From Eledone cirrhosa (taxonomy: Eukaryota), in contig OZ024741.1 of assembly GCA_964016885.1 (NCBI GenBank), forward strand, positions 331,638,001 through 331,702,000: DNA of 64,000 nt. The letters run 5' to 3'. This document shows, piece after piece, positions 62,032 through 64,000 of the stretch. How positions within the stretch are numbered: position 1 is the stretch's first letter; every line of letters begins with the position of its first letter. The notes under the pieces were generated by a model. It saw only the letters and a program-made list of their open reading frames with translations, ran no database searches and was not told where the DNA came from. The position numbers were made by a program, and so were the translations under genes.

Positions 62032-62433
62032 ATCATCATTTTACGTCCGCTTTTCCCTGCTTGCAAGGGTGGGACGGGAACTGATTCTGGCTTGATTTCT
62101 ACAGCTGGATGCCCTTCCTAACACCAACCTCATTTACAGTGAGTGCTGGGTGCTTTTTTGCCGTGGGACCTACACGAGCACTTTACAGTGAGTGCTGGGT
62201 GCTTTTTTGCTGTGGCACCTCCACAACCACTTTGCAGTGGAATGATAGGGACCCCAGTCCCTAGGAATGATAGGGACCCCAGTCCCTATCATCTCATTTC
62301 TACAGCTGAGTAAACTGGAACAATGTGAAATAAAGTGTCTTGCTCAAGGAAACAACACATCACCCGGTCTGAAAATTGAACTCACAACCTTTCGATTGCA
62401 AGGCCAATGCTCTAACCACTAAGCCATGTGCCG
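62032..62433 (-). mobile_element. RTE-tailed SINE with internal duplications
   Basis: Like 51876-52222 but with a duplicated about 50-bp unit (62141-62239) and a duplicated GGAATGATAGGGACCCCAGTCCCTA. Confidence 0.88.
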
Positions 62434-63211
62434 TCTTATATATATATGAATCTTGCCATTTGATGAACAGTGTCTGAATTCTTTTCTAACTATCCATATA
62501 GATGTGGTTTTGCATGTTAATTCTGAAATCATATCAATCTAGCTAGCCTATCCATTCAACTATTCATGTGTTTATCTGCTCATCCTCTCGCTCTCTATCT
62601 ACCTGATGCCTGATGGCTGACCATCTGTCTGCTGTTGAGTCAGTGCATCAGTGAATTAGAGAACCAGTGAACCATGTCATTGTTCATTTTTATGTTAGCC
62701 CAGCATGAGATTCACAGCTCAGTGAAGCTTATAACACAAACAATACTGAAGTGATAATGGATGACAAGAACTGTAACTGACTTAACAAGACATATATCTG
62801 TCCAGCTGTCCATCCATCCAACCATCCGTCCAACCATCCAACCATCCAACCATCCATCCTTCCATCCATAACCATCCCTCAATCCATCCACCCAACCATT
62901 CATCTATCTATCCAAACATCCATCCATCCAACCCCTGCCATACGCATCATATACATGTATGAAACCAGAAACGATATCAAGTAGCACAATTATATTTCTA
63001 GAACAATGCTCACAAGGAATATGGCAAAGCTGAGAAATCTTGACATTCAGACAACATTGAGGTTTTAATGTAGTTTTAGCGTGTGAAATACAGCTTAACA
63101 TTTCAAAGAGGAATATACCTTAATCTCAACTCTACCAGTAGAGGACAAGTGTGCAAGAAATGAACACTAAAATTAAATGACATCTGCATATATATATGTA
63201 TATATATATAC

Positions 63212-63241
<30 letters not shown>

Positions 63242-63246
<5 letters not shown>

Positions 63247-63570
63247 CAATATATTAACAAATGGAAACTATATTTATAAAACCATATTTATTTCATTATA
63301 CATATTTCAAGGGCCACCAAGGCAGATTATGGTGTGCTTTCATCAGATAAAATATAATATAGATTAGTTTTATAAATAAATATTGACATACCCTGAAAAA
63401 TGCAACCTTCATGGAAATATGTATAATGAAATAAATATGGTTTTATAAATATAGTTTCGATTTGTTAATATATTGTATATTTACTCCAATTAATTTGTTG
63501 AGTGCTTTATATCAGTTATAAAAATATTTTGCTTGTTGTATCCCAACAAATTAAATATAACCTCTACATA
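63242..63570. mobile_element. Penelope-like remnant: inverted arms, tail and hammerhead at 63289-63354 (-)
   Basis: Arms 63242-63308 and 63414-63480; rearranged version of 28841-29110. Confidence 0.7.
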
Positions 63571-63580
63571 TATATATATA

Positions 63581-63642
<62 letters not shown>

Positions 63643-63664
63643 AATATATATATATATATAATAT

Positions 63665-63732
<68 letters not shown>

Positions 63733-63785
63733 ATGTGTATATATTATATATATATATATTTATATATATATATATATATATGGAG

Positions 63786-63977
63786 ATTATAAGCTTTCAC
63801 CGTATTTTAGACTAAAGAAATTCTAGCCTGATAGTGGGGTTTATAACCCTCGGAGAAATGGAAAAAGATGAGCGTTGCCGTACGGCAACACTCATCTTTT
63901 TCCATTTCTCCGAGGGTTATAAACCCCACTATCAGGCTAGAATTTCTTTAGTCTAAAATACGGTGAAAGCTTATAAT
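63786..63977. repeat. 192-bp spacerless palindrome
   Basis: 96-bp arms centred on CCGT|ACGG (63881/63882); one mismatch seen. Confidence 0.92.
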
Positions 63978-64000
63978 TTCTCATTTCTAATTTTCAAACT

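Overview
AT-rich, repeat-saturated eukaryotic DNA. It is most likely from an octopus or other cephalopod, inferred from the RTE LINE/SINE repertoire and (TA)n/(CA)n density. I see no confidently identifiable host protein-coding gene, and almost all ORF-track entries are microsatellite or antisense artefacts. Bases 1-13.3 kb are a 48-bp trinucleotide-based tandem array with nested higher-order periods (96, 246 and 2064 bp). Its +1 frame reads as an uninterrupted mucin-like Thr/Pro repeat to a stop at 13134. The rest contains 5'-truncated RTE LINEs of three subfamilies with a PHD-like finger inside the RT region, tRNA-derived SINEs, mariner/Tc1/piggyBac-like remnants, a Tx1-like 3' end in (GATA)n and a 200-N gap. 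The most notable hidden layer is a set of short non-coding elements in (TA)n tracts. They carry hammerhead-ribozyme cores with palindromic helix III and/or long inverted repeats with one-sided tails. This matches Penelope-like pseudo-LTR or retrozyme-like remnants, and several inversion junctions fall at or near the predicted cleavage site. All alignments and folds were done by eye.
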